From Octopus vulgaris (Eukaryota): a DNA stretch of 64,000 bases. The translations under genes and the position numbers were made by a program. The stretch covers positions 35,650,001 to 35,714,000 of the forward strand of contig OX597837.1 of assembly GCA_951406725.2 (NCBI GenBank). The letters run 5' to 3'. Of the stretch, positions 13,341-26,371 are shown piece after piece; position 1 is the first letter of the stretch, and every line of letters starts with the position of its first letter. The notes beneath the pieces were generated by a model. It worked only from the letters and a program-made list of their open reading frames with translations, made no database searches and was not told where the DNA came from.

Positions 13341-13570
13341 TTAACTCTTTTGATACCAACCTGGCTGAAACCACCTTTGGCTCTGTAGTACAAATGTCTT
13401 CTTTCCATAAGTTTTGAATTAAAATCTTCCACCAAACCTTAGTCACAATTTATGCTCCTAACACTAGCTGAATGATAACAAAGTTATTTTACTAAATTCT
13501 TTGTTATATTTGAAATTTATTGAAAGAAACACAGAGCATCTCAAAATAAATATGGTAATGAAAGGGTTAG
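13341..13570. mobile_element. piggyBac-like MITE, family 2, uninterrupted copy
   Basis: Collinear with 12345-13224 and 55796-56450; ends AAAGGGTTA. Confidence 0.75.
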
Positions 13571-13586
13571 ACCAATCCCTAACCAT

Positions 13587-13985
13587 TACTCTTTTACTTG
13601 TTTCAGTCATTTGACTGCGGCCATGCTGGAGCACCGCCTTTAGTCGATCAAATCGACCCCGGGACTTATTCTTTGTAAGCCCAGTACTTATTCTATCGGT
13701 CTCTTTTGCCGAACCGCTAAGTGACGGGGACGTAAACACACCAGCATCGGTTGTCAAGCAATGCTAGGGGGACAAACACAGCCACACACACACATATATA
13801 TATATATATATACATATATACGACAGGCTTCTTTCAGTTTCCTTCTACCAAATCCACTCACAAGGCATTGGTCAGCCCGGGGCTATAGCAGAAGACACTT
13901 GCCCAAGGTGCCACGCAGTGGGACTGAACCCGCAACCATGTGGTTGGTTAGCAAGCTACTTACCACACAGCCACTCCTGCGCCTA
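13587..13985 (-). mobile_element. SINE family A
   Basis: Full-length match to the other copies. Confidence 0.9.
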
Positions 13986-14477
13986 TTGCTTGTTTTGGTC
14001 CTCTAATTGTTTATTGATTTCTCAGTATTGTTTCTATTGATTATCCCATATTTTTGTGGGACATAAGGGACGAAATACGAACAATATAAACTGAGACAAG
14101 GACGCACATACACTGACGCTCCGTCGGTTATTACAACGAGGGTTCCAGTTGATCCGATCAACAGAACAGTCTGCTTGTGAGATTAATGTGCAAGTGGCTG
14201 AGTGCTTCACAGACATGCATACCCATAATGCAGTTCTCAGTGAGATTCATCATGACAGAGAATATGACATGGCCGGCCCCTTTGTAATTACAGGTACGAC
14301 TCATTTTTGCCAGCTGAGTAGACTGAAAGAATGTAGAATATAATGTGCAAGTGGCTGAGTACTCCAAATACATGCATACCCTTAACGTAATCCTTAGGGA
14401 GCTTCAGCATGACACAGAATGGGATCAGGCTTGCTTACCAACCACATGGTTCCGGGTTCAGTCCCACTGCGTGGCAG

Positions 14478-14647
14478 GCGCAGGAGTGGCTGTGTGGTAA
14501 GTAGCTTGTTTACCAACCACATGGTTCCGGGTTCAGTCCCACTGCGTGGCATCTTGGGCAAGTGTCTTCTGCTATAGCCCCTGGCCGACCAATGCCTTGT
14601 GAGTGGATTTGGTAGACGGAAACTGAAAGAAGCCTGTCGTATATATG

Positions 14648-14680
<33 letters not shown>

Positions 14681-14880
14681 TAATGTTTGTGTGTCTGTTT
14701 GTCCCCCTAGCATTGCTTGACAACCGATGCTGGTGTGTTTACGTCTCCGTCACTTAGCGGTTCGGCAAAAGATACCGATAGAATAAATACTGGGCTTACA
14801 AAGAATAAGTCCCAGGGTCGATTTGCTCGACTAAAGGCGGTGCTCCAGCATGGCTGCAGTCAAATAACAAACAAATAAAA
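14478..14880 (+). mobile_element. SINE family A, preceded by a duplicated head fragment (14430-14476)
   Basis: Full-length match to the other copies. Confidence 0.9.
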
Positions 14881-15081
14881 AAAAAATATAGACATACACA
14901 ATACCCTTTTGCGAAGTTCTTTTGGTGAGGCATTGGTTATACTTTAGTTCCAGTTTAGTAACTCGAAGCCGGGATCCATATGGCCCCCACCCCCCAGTGG
15001 GTCCACTCAATTAAACAGTAAAACCGGGATTCACAATAACATTTTCATGGCCCCTGAAAAACTTTTGCTTCAGATGTATGT

Positions 15082-15501
15082 GTTCTTTTCTACTCTAAGC
15101 ACAGGGCCCGAGATTTTTGGGGAGGGGCCAAGTCGATTAAATCAACCCCAGTATGCAACTGGTACTTAATTTATCGACCCCCGAAAGGATGAAAGCAATG
15201 TCGGCCTCGGTGGAATTTGAACTCAGAATGTAGTGGTTGATATACCGCTAAGCATTTCGCCTGGCGTGCTAACGTTTCATATTTTTTTATTGCCCACAAG
15301 GGGCTAAATATAGAGGGGACAAACAAGGAGATTGTCAATTATATTGACCCCAGTGTGTAACTCGTACTTAATTTTTCGACCCCAAAAGGATGAAAGACAA
15401 AGTCGACCTCGGTGGAATTTGAACTCAGAACGTAGCGGTAAGACGGAATACTGCTAAGCATTTCTCCTGGCGTGCTAACGTTTCTGCCAGCTTGCCGCCT
15501 T
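15082..15501 (-). mobile_element. SINE B dimer with 13-bp TSD
   Basis: TTCAGATGTATGT at 15069-15081 and 15502-15514. Confidence 0.85.
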
Positions 15502-15844
15502 TTCAGATGTATGTATTGGAGTGTCTTGCAAGAAACAACTGTGAGGGTTCTTTCTCTGATGTTTTCTATCGTTCAACCCACCTGAGTTCAGGTGTGCAAA
15601 ACGAAATGGGAATTTTTTTGAAGGAAGTTTCTGTAAAACTAGTTTTTAAACATCGAATGGCTATGGGAGTCCAGCAGAATAAAATAGTAGTCAAAAGGGT
15701 CCATAGATAGATAATAGTTGAGAGCCCCTGCTTTAGTTGAAGGAAGACCAGGGGTCAGGCATCATGTGGTTGCTAGGCAAATTCTTGACCCACACAGACA
15801 TATTTGCCCCTGTGTATGCATGTGTGTGTGTGTGTATAAATGTT

Positions 15845-16193
15845 TTTACTTCTTTCAGTCATTTGACTGTGGCCATGCTGGAGCACTGCCTTTAGTCGAA
15901 TAAATCAACACCAAGACTTATTCTTTATAGGCCTAGTACTTATTCTATCTGATTCTTTTGCCGAACTGCCAAGTTACAGGGACGTAAACACACCAACATC
16001 GGTTGTCAAGTGACGTTTGTGAGGACAAACAGACACAAATACATTCATACCTACATATACACGACGGGCTTCTTTCTGTTCCCATCTACCAAATCCAACC
16101 ACAAGGCTTTGGTCGGTCTGAAGCTAAAGTAGAAGACACTTGCCCAAGGTGTCATGCAATGGGACTGAACCCAGAACCATGTAGTTGGTCCTG

Positions 16194-16195
<2 letters not shown>
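15845..16195 (-). mobile_element. SINE family A, diverged
   Basis: Family body and tail motifs. Confidence 0.85.
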
Positions 16196-16237
<42 letters not shown>

Positions 16238-16242
16238 CCTCC

Positions 16243-16477
16243 GTGCCAGTGGCATGTAAAAAACACCATCTGATTGTGGCCGTTTGCCAGCCTCGTCTGG
16301 CACGTAAAAAGCACCCACTACACTCACGGAGTGGTTGGCGTTAGGAAGGGCATCCAGCCGTAGAAACATTGCCAGATCAGACTGGGCCTGGTGCAGCCTT
16401 CTGGCTTCCCAGACCCCAGCTGAACCATCCAACCCATGCTAGCATGGAAAGCGGACGTTAAACGATGATGATGATGA
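16243..16477 (+). mobile_element. RTE 3' UTR and tail
   Basis: Matches 5050-5228. Confidence 0.85.
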
Positions 16478-16481
16478 TATA

Positions 16482-16527
<46 letters not shown>

Positions 16528-16799
16528 GCACAGGCATGGCTGTGCGGTATGAAGCTTGCTTCTTAACCACATGGTTCCGGGTTCAGTCCCACTGCATGGC
16601 ACCTTGGGCAAGTGATTTATACTATTGTCCTGGACTGACCAAAAGTCTTGTGAGTGGATTCATTTTTGGAAACTGAAAGAAGCTGTCACGATAACTGTAA
16701 GGATCTTTTGGACGTTGACTGATGAGGAATTAGCTATGAATTTTCTGTTTGTTGGGCAATTTATTTGATTATTTACAAAATTATATATATACCACATAA

Positions 16800-17210
16800 G
16801 CGCAGGAGTGGCTGTGTGGTAAGTAGCTTGCTTCTAACCACATGGTTCCGGGTTCAGTCCCACTGCATGGCACCTTGGGCAAGTGATTTATACTATTGTC
16901 CTGGACTGACCAAAAGTCTTGTGAGTGGATTTGGTAGACGGAAACTGAAAGAAGCCTGTCGTATATATGTATATATATATATGTATGTGTGTGTATATGT
17001 TTGTGTGTCTGTGTTTGTCCCCCTAGCATTGCTTGACAACTGATGCTGGTGTGTTTACGTCCCCGTCACTTAGCAGTTCGGCAAAAAGAGACCGATAGAA
17101 TAAGTACTGGGCTTACAAAGAGTAAGTCCTGGGGTCGATTTGCTCGACTAAAGGCAGTGCTCCAGCATGGCCGCAGTCAAATGACTGAAACAAGTAAAAG
17201 AGTAAAGAGT
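16800..17210 (+). mobile_element. SINE family A, with a locally duplicated head at 16528-16685
   Basis: Both heads share private variants (AAGTGATTTATACTATTGTCCTGGACTGACCAAAAGTCTTG). Confidence 0.9.
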
Positions 17211-17218
17211 AATATATA

Positions 17219-17481
17219 TAGGGTGTTCAAAAAGTCTCTCCGTAGTGAATTTTTTTCACCCTGACTCTTCAAGAGTCAGATTCTCCAAGATGTATTTCAA
17301 AACATGTGTAAAAGAGTCAACTTATGTATTGAAAATGAAGGATGGCACTTTCAACACCTCTTCTAAAGTTTTTTAAAGTCTTGTAAAGTCTAATATATTC
17401 TTTTGTAGTCTTTATACCATCTTGTAAATATTTCATTTTGAAATAAAATACTTACTGAGGAGAGACTTTTTGAACACCCTG
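17219..17481 (+). mobile_element. Tc1/mariner internal-deletion derivative
   Basis: TIR (C)AGGGTGTTCAAAAAGTCTCTCC in TA context. Retains a transposase-type C-terminus VFQNMCKRVNLCIENEGWHFQHLF*. Confidence 0.85.
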
Positions 17482-17817
17482 TATATATATATATGTGTGT
17501 GTGTGTTTGCGCTTGCTACACACCACCACTTGATAACCAGTGTTGGTTTGTTTATGTCCATGTCGCAGAGCAGTCCAGCAGAAGAGTACCAGACTTTAAA
17601 GAAATAATTACTGGGGTTGACTTGTTCGGACTTCAAGGCAAGTGCCCCAACATGGCCTCAATCGAACGACATAACCAAGTAAGAGATAAAAGATATATTA
17701 TGTACATACGTAGATCTGTATATATATATACGGATGTGTGTTCGGGTGTGTATGTGTGTGTTACAGCATGGTCACTGTCCAATTACTGAAACTAGTTGAA
17801 GATTGTGTGTGTGTGTA

Positions 17818-18533
17818 AAGCGGAGTTTCTCAAACTTTTTGGGGCCACCGTGCTCCTCATGGCCACATAATACTTTCAGCGCCCACACCCCTATTTTTAT
17901 GTATAAATAAAAATTTTATATTTTACTAATCTACATAAACTATGAATCATTTGATATTTAATATAATCTTAGGATCTTTTCGGTTTGAACGGCAGTTTTT
18001 TCTAGCGGTGTCATATGAAATTGTCACTCATAATTATGACCCTAGTATCAATCTATTGCATTTCAATCTGTTTTATGGTTAGGGATGGGGGGAAGGGTAT
18101 CTTTTTTTCTTCACAAATGTAAATAAACCCAATCTGTTTCTTAAACGAGGGACATATTCATACGGCACAGAATGTTTTCACCTCAATAGACGTCATTGAT
18201 TGGTTGTAGTTGCAGAAATTGAAGAAAAAAACAACAACAAATATCTTACAAACTATAGAATTTTCTCAATAAAGCCAAGAGAAAAAACATGTTTTATAAA
18301 CACATTCTACCAGTATACGAAGTTTAAAAGTGTTTTAGTTACGTGGAAATTATTTTAAAAAACTGCCGTTCAAACCGAAAAGATCCTAATCTTATATAAT
18401 TTGTGTACAATGCTATAATAATATTATAAATTCATAAGCCTTTCTTCCAATGCCTCCTTTTTCTCTACCGCCCTCTTACCCGGACCCTCTCAACGCCCAT
18501 CAGGGTGCGTTAGCGCCCACTTTGGGAACCTAT
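17818..18533. mobile_element. Degenerate hAT/Charlie-like MITE, host of MITE E
   Basis: Ends resemble CAG.GGTTCTCAAAC ... TTTGGGAACC..TG. Confidence 0.55.
17972..18386. mobile_element. MITE E: 30-bp perfect TIR, GG termini, 8-bp TSD (Merlin-like)
   Basis: TIR GGATCTTTTCGGTTTGAACGGCAGTTTTTT; TAATCTTA at 17964-17971 and 18387-18394. Other copies or fragments at ~18961, ~21736, 22427-22822, ~45650 and 55939-56356. Confidence 0.9.
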
Positions 18534-18908
18534 GGTGTAAAGCACACCGTCCATATTTTCCCCAACGTCTCGAGGGTATTGAAGTGAAGCTGAAGTAATT
18601 CTTATTAGAAGGAGGAAGGAGTTAACTCCCCTACTTAGCAATTCTGAAGCCCGGTTTTGCATTCGCGTGCATGTGTGTGAGCGTAAAATATCCATCGACG
18701 GTTAGAGGGCATCAATTTACCGCGGGAAAAGTTCACCGAAAAACATATATCCATAGTATCAAGCCATTGCTAGTTAAAAGCTATTTTATTAAAAGAAGAA
18801 ACTATCAAAGCAAAACAAGAAAAAAACACTGAATTGACGACGGTGAACTTACCGGACGTACCATCGACATTCTGTTAAAATATGTACCCGTGAATATACG
18901 GTGCTGAT

Positions 18909-19602
18909 CAGGGCTTCTCAACCGTTTTATGCCTATGGACCCTTTTGGTTCCTATTTTAGGATCTTTTCCTTTTGAACGCCAGTTTTCAACACAATTTCT
19001 AGTTAACTAAACACTTTTAAACTTCGTATACTGGTAGAATGTGTCAAAATAAAACATTTTTTTCTCTTGGCTTTCTTGAGAAAATTGTAATTTGTAAGTT
19101 TAACGTAGTTTAATTTTTCGAATTTTAACCAATCCTATGCCCTCTATTTAGCTAAAATCATTTGCTGCGTTTAAAACTGAGACAACATCCTGTCACTAAC
19201 CCTAACCCTAAAATCTGGTACTTATTCTATCACTCCCGCTAAGTTATGGGGACGTAAACACACCAACACCGGTTGTCAAGTGGTGGTGGACAAAGGCACA
19301 CACACACGACGGGCTTCTTTCAGTTTCCATCTACCAAATCCACTCACGAGGCTTTGGTCAACCCGAGGCTATATAATAGAAGACACTTGTCCAAGGTGCC
19401 ACACAATGGGACTGAACCCAGAACCATGTGGTTGGGAAGCAAGCTTCTTACCACACAACCACGGCTTTATATTATCAAATATTATTAGGAATTATATTTT
19501 AATATTCTGTGCATTGTCTAAGTATAAACAATTTATTGCAGATAAAATTTGAATAACCAAATGGACCCCTAATGGTCATAGGGACCCCATTTGAGAACCA
19601 CT
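18909..19602. mobile_element. hAT/Charlie-like MITE containing a MITE E fragment and a SINE A fragment
   Basis: Ends CAGGGCTTCTCAA ... TTGAGAACCACTG. Confidence 0.65.
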
Positions 19603-19875
19603 GGTGTCAATAGAAGGAAATACCTTGTAATTATTGTAGTTTCATGATCCCTTCCCTCTCTCCAGTTTCAAGGGCCTTGTAAAAAAGATGATGGACATTG
19701 CCTTTTCTGCTAGCTGCAGTCCTTGTCGTGGGCCCGTGGTTCAGGAGTTTCAGGGTTTTGACGAGCGTGGGCCCGCAACTCGGACACTTTTGTCCCCAGG
19801 TCAACTCTGACCCATGGTAGTAGCACCTGTTAGGGTCCCAGATATGGGTTAACAAGCAAATGTGATGCCGATCCA

Positions 19876-20120
19876 GGCACGTGGCTTAGTGGTTAGAGTG
19901 TTGGAGTCACGATCATAAGATTGTGGTTTCGATTCCTGGACCAGGCAACGTGTTGTGTTCTTGAGCAGAACACTTCATTTCACTTTGTGCCAATCCACTC
20001 AGCTGGTAAAAAATGAATAACCATGCAATGGACTGGCGTCCTATCCAGGTGGGAGATTATTACGCCATGGGAACCGGGGACTGGCCCTTTTGGGTCACCA
20101 TGACCTGAGAAGGCATCCTT
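19876..20120 (+). mobile_element. tRNA-derived SINE with D-type head; related copy at ~20353-20585
   Basis: TGGCTTAGTGGTTAG and GTTTCGATTCC boxes, followed by TTGTGTTCTTGAGCA. Confidence 0.75.
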
Positions 20121-21032
20121 ACATTTTTTAATCCACCTGAGCGTTGGGATGCAGAAATACCTTTGGTTGGATAAGGGCGCATAGTAAAACCATGAGTTAG
20201 GGACCCCTAACTATAACTAGAAGGAGAGGGACCCCTCTCCTTCTAGGAGAGAAACACTGTAATGTAAAACCTGCAGTTTCATATGATTACTGGTTATATT
20301 GCCTCAGCCTGTATCAAGGGACTAATTGTGGAAACTCAAAGAGTGGGGCTTGTGGAGGCATGTGACTGAGTGGTCATGATCGTAAGATTGTGGTTTCGAT
20401 TCCTGGACCGGGCGACGCATTGTGTTCTTGAAGAAAACACTTCACATTGTTCCAAGTCCACTCAGCTGGCAAAAATAAAGAAAAGTAATCCTGTAACTGG
20501 GGGTGGGGGGTCCTGTCCAGATGGGGAATATATACACCCTCGAAGCCGGGAAACCGGCCCTTCGGTATGACTTGGAAAGGTAACTTCACTAAAGCTCGTT
20601 TTTCCAGCATTCATCACTTCACAACCCTCACCGTTTGTTTTTACTGTTTTGCTCTCACTGTCCTGTTTTTGTTACTACTTTCACCCTCTGCAAAAAATCC
20701 CAAATTTTATTTAATTTGCCTTGCAGGAAGGACTGTTTCAACGAAGTCGCTTATTGTCCTTACCTTTGAAACGTGGAGTAGATGAAACAGGGACAACTGA
20801 TGAAGGGGAATATTCTTTAGGTTGCATGTCTCGTTTCTCTGTTCGTTTGTTTTTTTTTCGTTATTCGAAAAAGAGTTCGTTTTCTATGTTTTTGTTTCTA
20901 ATGTTCTCGTTTCTCATTTTGTCTACGTTTTTTGATGCCCTGTACCCATATATGCATGTATATATATATATATATATATACATATATATGTAGGTATGTA
21001 CATATATGTATGTATATATGCATATATTTATG

Positions 21033-21075
<43 letters not shown>

Positions 21076-22065
21076 GTGTGTTTGTGTGTGTGATATTTAC
21101 TCCGTGAGCTACGATGACAAAAATATGAGAAAGATACGGTATATAATTTTTTTTTTTTGGTGTTGGGGTTTCTTGAGACGTAATTTAATTTAAGGTTTAC
21201 ACAAGGGTAAACAGGTTGAGAAACACTGCTTTAGAGAATGGTACTTGTATTGTTTGTTACAAACGTTTATTCCTGTAGTCCAGTGACGTACAGACGTCTG
21301 TTTGTGGCGACCTCACTTGGCATCCCGTTTACTGAAAGTCCAATGGCAATGGAAGAGTGGTGACTGGTGCAGGCCTAACCAGTAGGAAGCTACAGCGTTC
21401 GTGTGTCACCTGTGCTTCAAACCGTAAGGATCTGTGGTAAGGCTGAGTAGTCATTTGAATGGTCATAAATGGAAAGTCAGAAAGTTATTGACAATGAGGA
21501 AGCACAAGGTGCCAACGATTTGCGAAGATGGAGCAATCAGTGTGTGTGTGTGTGTGTGTGGAAGCAGTTTGTACGCTCTGAGTAGTCTCCCCTGAAAACA
21601 GAACTGCCGAAAAGTAAAGTAATAACGGCGAGCTTGGCAGAATCGTTACCACGCCAGGGAAAATGCTTAGCGGCCTTTCTTTCGACCTTACATTATGAGT
21701 TCAAATACCAGCGGGGTAGACTTTGCTTTTATCCTGGATCTTTTCCTTTTGAACGGCAGATGTCAACACAATTTCTAGTTAACTAAACACTTTTAAACTT
21801 CGTATACTGGTAGAATGTGTTTATAAAACATCATTTTTTCTTGGCTTTATTGAGAAAATTCTATAGTTTGTAAGATATTTCGTCTGAAATTTCGAGCATT
21901 TCGGCAATCTTAACCAATTGCTGACCTCCATTTGGGGTGAAAACATTCCGTGCTGTATGAATATGTCCCTCGTTTAAGAAACAGATTGGATCGATGTAAT
22001 TGACTTGGCCTTTCCACGAAATTGCAGACTTTGTGCCAAGATTTCGAAGCCAGTATAATATAATA

Positions 22066-22346
22066 TCACGTGATCACGTCACGTGACCGACCGGACTATC
22101 AGACGTTGTTACACACCGCTGGTCACAATGCGCTTTTTGCATTGTTTCGGCTGTCAAACGAACCCCCCTTCCCCACTGGCTCGGCGAGCAGGCCAACATT
22201 CCCCCCGTGATCGAAACGGGGGACTGGAGCAACGTGAAATGAAGTGTATTGCTGAAGAACACAATGTGTTGCCCAGTCAGGGAATCGAACCCGCAAACTA
22301 GCGATTGTGAGTGCAACAACCTAACCACTACGCCATGAACCTTCAC
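22066..22346 (-). mobile_element. tRNA-derived SINE with D-type head and a distinct 3' part ending in CACGTG repeats
   Basis: Minus strand reads TGGCGTAGTGGTTAG ... GGTTCGATTCCC. Confidence 0.75.
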
Positions 22347-23424
22347 ATAATAAAAAATGTATAAAAAATATAATAAAATAAAAATATATAATTTATTGTA
22401 TTTGTTTGAAGGTTATGGTTTTATTCGGACCTTTTCGGTTTGAACGGCAGTTTTTAACATAATTTCTAGGTAACTAAAAAATTTTAAACTTCGTATACTG
22501 GTAGAATGTGTTTATAAAACATCTTTTTTCTCTTGGCTTTATTGAGAAAATTCTATAGTTTGTAAGATATTTGTTGTTTTTTCTTCTTCAATTTCTGCAA
22601 TTTCAACCAATCACTGATGTCCATTGAGGTAAAAAAAAACATTCTGTGCTGTAAGAATATGTCCCTCGTTTAAGAAACGGATTGGGTTTATTTACATTAG
22701 TGAAGAAAAAAAGATACCCTTCCCCCTAACCCTAACTAACCCTAACCCTAAAATAGATTAAAATGCAATAGATCGATTCTAGGGTCATAATTATGGTTGA
22801 CAATTTTATATGACACCGCTAAGTGGTTATCCATCTACATCAACCTATGAACCCCTTTGATTATCATTTTATTGTGGTGGACCTCCATAGCCATTCAATG
22901 TTTAAAAGTTAGTTTTATAGATACTTTTTTTTTTGCAAAATTCCTGTTTTGTTTTCCACACATTCACTTGTATAAGTTGGCAATAATATTCCCAGAGAAC
23001 ATGTTTCTGTTGCCAAAAACATGTCAACTCTTTTGATACCGTATTTCTTTTGAATCTTCTTACAAGACTTTGGTCGGCCCGAGGTTATAGTAGAAGACAC
23101 TTGCCTAAAGTGCCATGCAGCGGAACTTGAACCCAGAACCATGTGGTTGGTAAGCAAGCTACCTACCACACAGCCACTCCCGCACCTATCTGTTATCATT
23201 AAGCTAGTGTTAGGAACATAAACCGAAAAAAGATCCTTTTAATTCTGTGACTGCTAAGTTTTGTTTCTCCCAATGTGGTGACAGTTTCACATTGTAACGA
23301 GAAAATCTGATTAGTGCTGAAGTGAGTCATTGGCTCTGAATGAACAAATGGTCTCTGTGGATGTGTGGAAGTACATTGCCTTCTGTCTGTATAGCCAAAC
23401 GTATGGCAGTGTGTGTCTGTTCTT

Positions 23425-23835
23425 TCATTCTTTCACTTGCTTCAGTCAATGTACTGTGGTCATGCTGGAGCACCGCCTCAAATGGTTTTAGTTGAACAAT
23501 TTGACCCCCACATTTGTTTTTTTTTTGTTTCTTTTTAAAGCCTTGTACTTATTCTATGGGTCACCTTTTGCCGCAACTGCTAAGTTACAGGGACATAAAC
23601 ACACCAACGCTGGTTGCCAAGTGGTGATGGTGGGAGACAAACAGCCAGAAACACACACACACACATATATGTGTGTGATGGGCTTCTTTCAGTTTCCATC
23701 TACTAAACTCTCACAAAGCTTTGGTCGGCCTGAGGCTATAGTAGGAGGTACTTGCCCAAGGTGCTACACAGTGGGACTGAACCTGGAACCATATGGTTAG
23801 GAAACAATCTTCTTTCACACAGCCACACCTGCACC
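23425..23835 (-). mobile_element. SINE family A, older CpG-depleted copy
   Basis: Family motifs present. Confidence 0.8.
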
Positions 23836-24799
23836 TATAAAGCCGTGCCTGCTCCTATATATATATAATTTGTGTGTATGCATGTATATATGTAATGTGC
23901 AGTTGTAAATTGTAAAGCATAACTGTCACCACCACTACATGAACCTGAAGATTGCATAGTTTAATGCATGAAAGTACTAGTTCAATCAGAATGGACATTT
24001 AATATTCCTTCGTTTCATTGTATTATATTATCAAAAGATTGTAAATGAAGCGTAAAAATCAGAGTTGGAATTTTTTGAGTAATATATATACATATATATA
24101 TATATGTGTGTGTGTGTTGGTTTCACTTAAAAAGAACCCAGTACCCTGTGTAAAGTGGTTGGCATTAGGAAGGACATCCAGCTGTAGAAACCTGACCAAA
24201 ACTGACTCTGGAATCAGGTGCAGCTCCTGACCTTTCCAGCTCCAGTCAAACCTTCTAACCCTTTCTAGCATCGAAAATGGATGTTAAAGATGATGATGCT
24301 GCTGCTGATATGTATGTGTAATCACACACACACACACACACGTATGTAATTTATAATGTGTATTTACACACGAATATGTACTCATGACAAAATTCTGTAC
24401 ACTTTCTGCCAACTGAATTTCTCTCCTAAGGAAATGGTCATTCAGAGCTCTAGTTAAAGACACCTGCCCTAGGTTCCATACAGTAGAATTGAACCAGAAT
24501 CTATGTGGTTTTGCAGAGTGAAATTCTTAGTTATGCAGCCATTCTTGTTCCAATCAAACTTAAAATGATTTAAACCAACTTCTTCCACATCATTCTCTCA
24601 TTTCCATGAAATGTAGTTCACAGTTTGAGAGATTTTTAACCCTCGTCAGTAACTAGTCTTCTTTTGCCATCATTAACCATCTTTTGTGGTAAAGACTGGA
24701 AAATGGTATCATGTTTGATGGCATATAAAGTGCACTTTTCTCACCCAAAATATCTTAAATAATTAACCCAGGCCCTTTATGCAAAGCTGGGTCTCCCAG

Positions 24800-25282
24800 A
24801 CTACAGCAAATATTCTGCTCAATACCACAGATTTGCTTGTCAGTTGTTTGACCTTAACCAGTTGAGCATGTCCCTTAGTGGCTGACGATATGTGCATCTC
24901 TGATCACGAGCAGAAGTAGTGGGGGAGCATCATAGCCATGTGTTGAGAGGGATTCTTTGGGGTTTGAATAATTCACCTCTGGAAACATGGGTGGTTCTTT
25001 CAACAACCCTTATTCAGGAAACATGGGTGGTTCTTTAAACAACCCTTATTCAGGGACCTTTTGAGCGGGATGGGCTACTCAACCTGAAGAAAATTCTAAC
25101 TGGGCCCCACCTGCAAGGTCATGTGCTGTTTATCTTGATATGAGATCACCATGTCGCGCACATATGGTTGTGATGCATGTGCCTGGTGTACCCTTATCAG
25201 ACGGGTAGTCATGATGGGTATATTGGGCTTCGTATATTTTACCCCAGTGTCACTTTGATGGCATGCACTGCTCTCTCCCTCA
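24800..25282 (+). mobile_element. Unclassified repeat family G, ending in (AAT)n
   Basis: Collinear with 59240-59795; fragments at ~4380-4472, 46443-46615 and 58963-59180. Confidence 0.8.
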
Positions 25283-25959
25283 ATAATAATAATAATAATA
25301 TTTCTTTATTACCCACAAGGGGCTAAACATAGAGGGGACAAACAAGGACAGACAAAGGTATTAAGTCGATTACATTGACCCCAGTGCGTAACTGGTATTT
25401 AATTTATCGACCCCGAAAGGATGAAAGGCAAAGTCGATCTCGGCGGTAATGATAATAATAATAATAATAATGATAATAATAATAAGAGCATTTAGAGAGT
25501 GCAAACCTCTGCCAAAGCAACACCAACATCCTTTCAATGATTAGCTAGAGATGATAGTAATTATCTCCACTTAAAAGTTGGATGTCGTGTTAGAACACAC
25601 AATACTGTGTTATTTACCTTGGGAGGACATCTCATATAGACTTGTGGTGCATACAAGCATGCTTGTTTATATTGCTGATGGGTGAGAACCGTCCACTCTG
25701 GATACTGGAACTGCCATGGTATTTCAGCTTTTCTTGACCTCATCAATGACAGACACCCATGGCTAGAAATAGCAGCCAATACATATATGTATACATTTAT
25801 GCATATATGTATATATATATTATTATCATCATCATTTAATGTTTGTTTTCTATGCTGGGAAATATGTATATATAGATAATAAATATACATGCATGTATAC
25901 ATTGTGATTATACACACACACACACATATATTTATACATACATACAATATATATGTTTT

Positions 25960-26300
25960 GGCGCTCTGTCAGTTGCGACGATGAGGAACAGCCTGCTCGT
26001 GAAATTAGAATGCAAATGGCTGAGTACATGTGTACCCTTAACGTAGTTCTTGGGGAGATTCAGCGTGACACAGACTGTGACAAGGCTGGCCCCTTTCGAA
26101 ATACAGATATAACAGAAACAGGAAGAAAGAGTGAGAGAAAGTTGTGGTGAAAGAATACAGTAGCCCCCCCCACCTCGCTGGAGCCTCATGCCACTTTAAG
26201 TATTTCCGTTCAATATATACAACGCCCAGTCTGGGCGTCGAAACTGCGATCCTACGATTGTGTGTCTGCTGCCCTAACTACTGGGCCATTGCACCTCCAC
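25960..26300 (-). mobile_element. tRNA-derived SINE family D2
   Basis: Head GGAGG.GCAATGGCCCAGT.GTTAGGGCAGC. The 3' part recurs at ~14110-14430, ~31080-31270 and ~31540-31690; the head recurs at 35607. Confidence 0.75.
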
Positions 26301-26371
26301 ATATATATGTGTGTGTGTGTTTAATGTTTGTTTTATATGCTGGGATATATATATATGTGTGCGTGTGTGTG

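Noticed and set aside
22724-22751. Telomere or chromosome-fusion scar
   Set aside because: Only a few CCCTAA units, and they are an internal part of MITE E.
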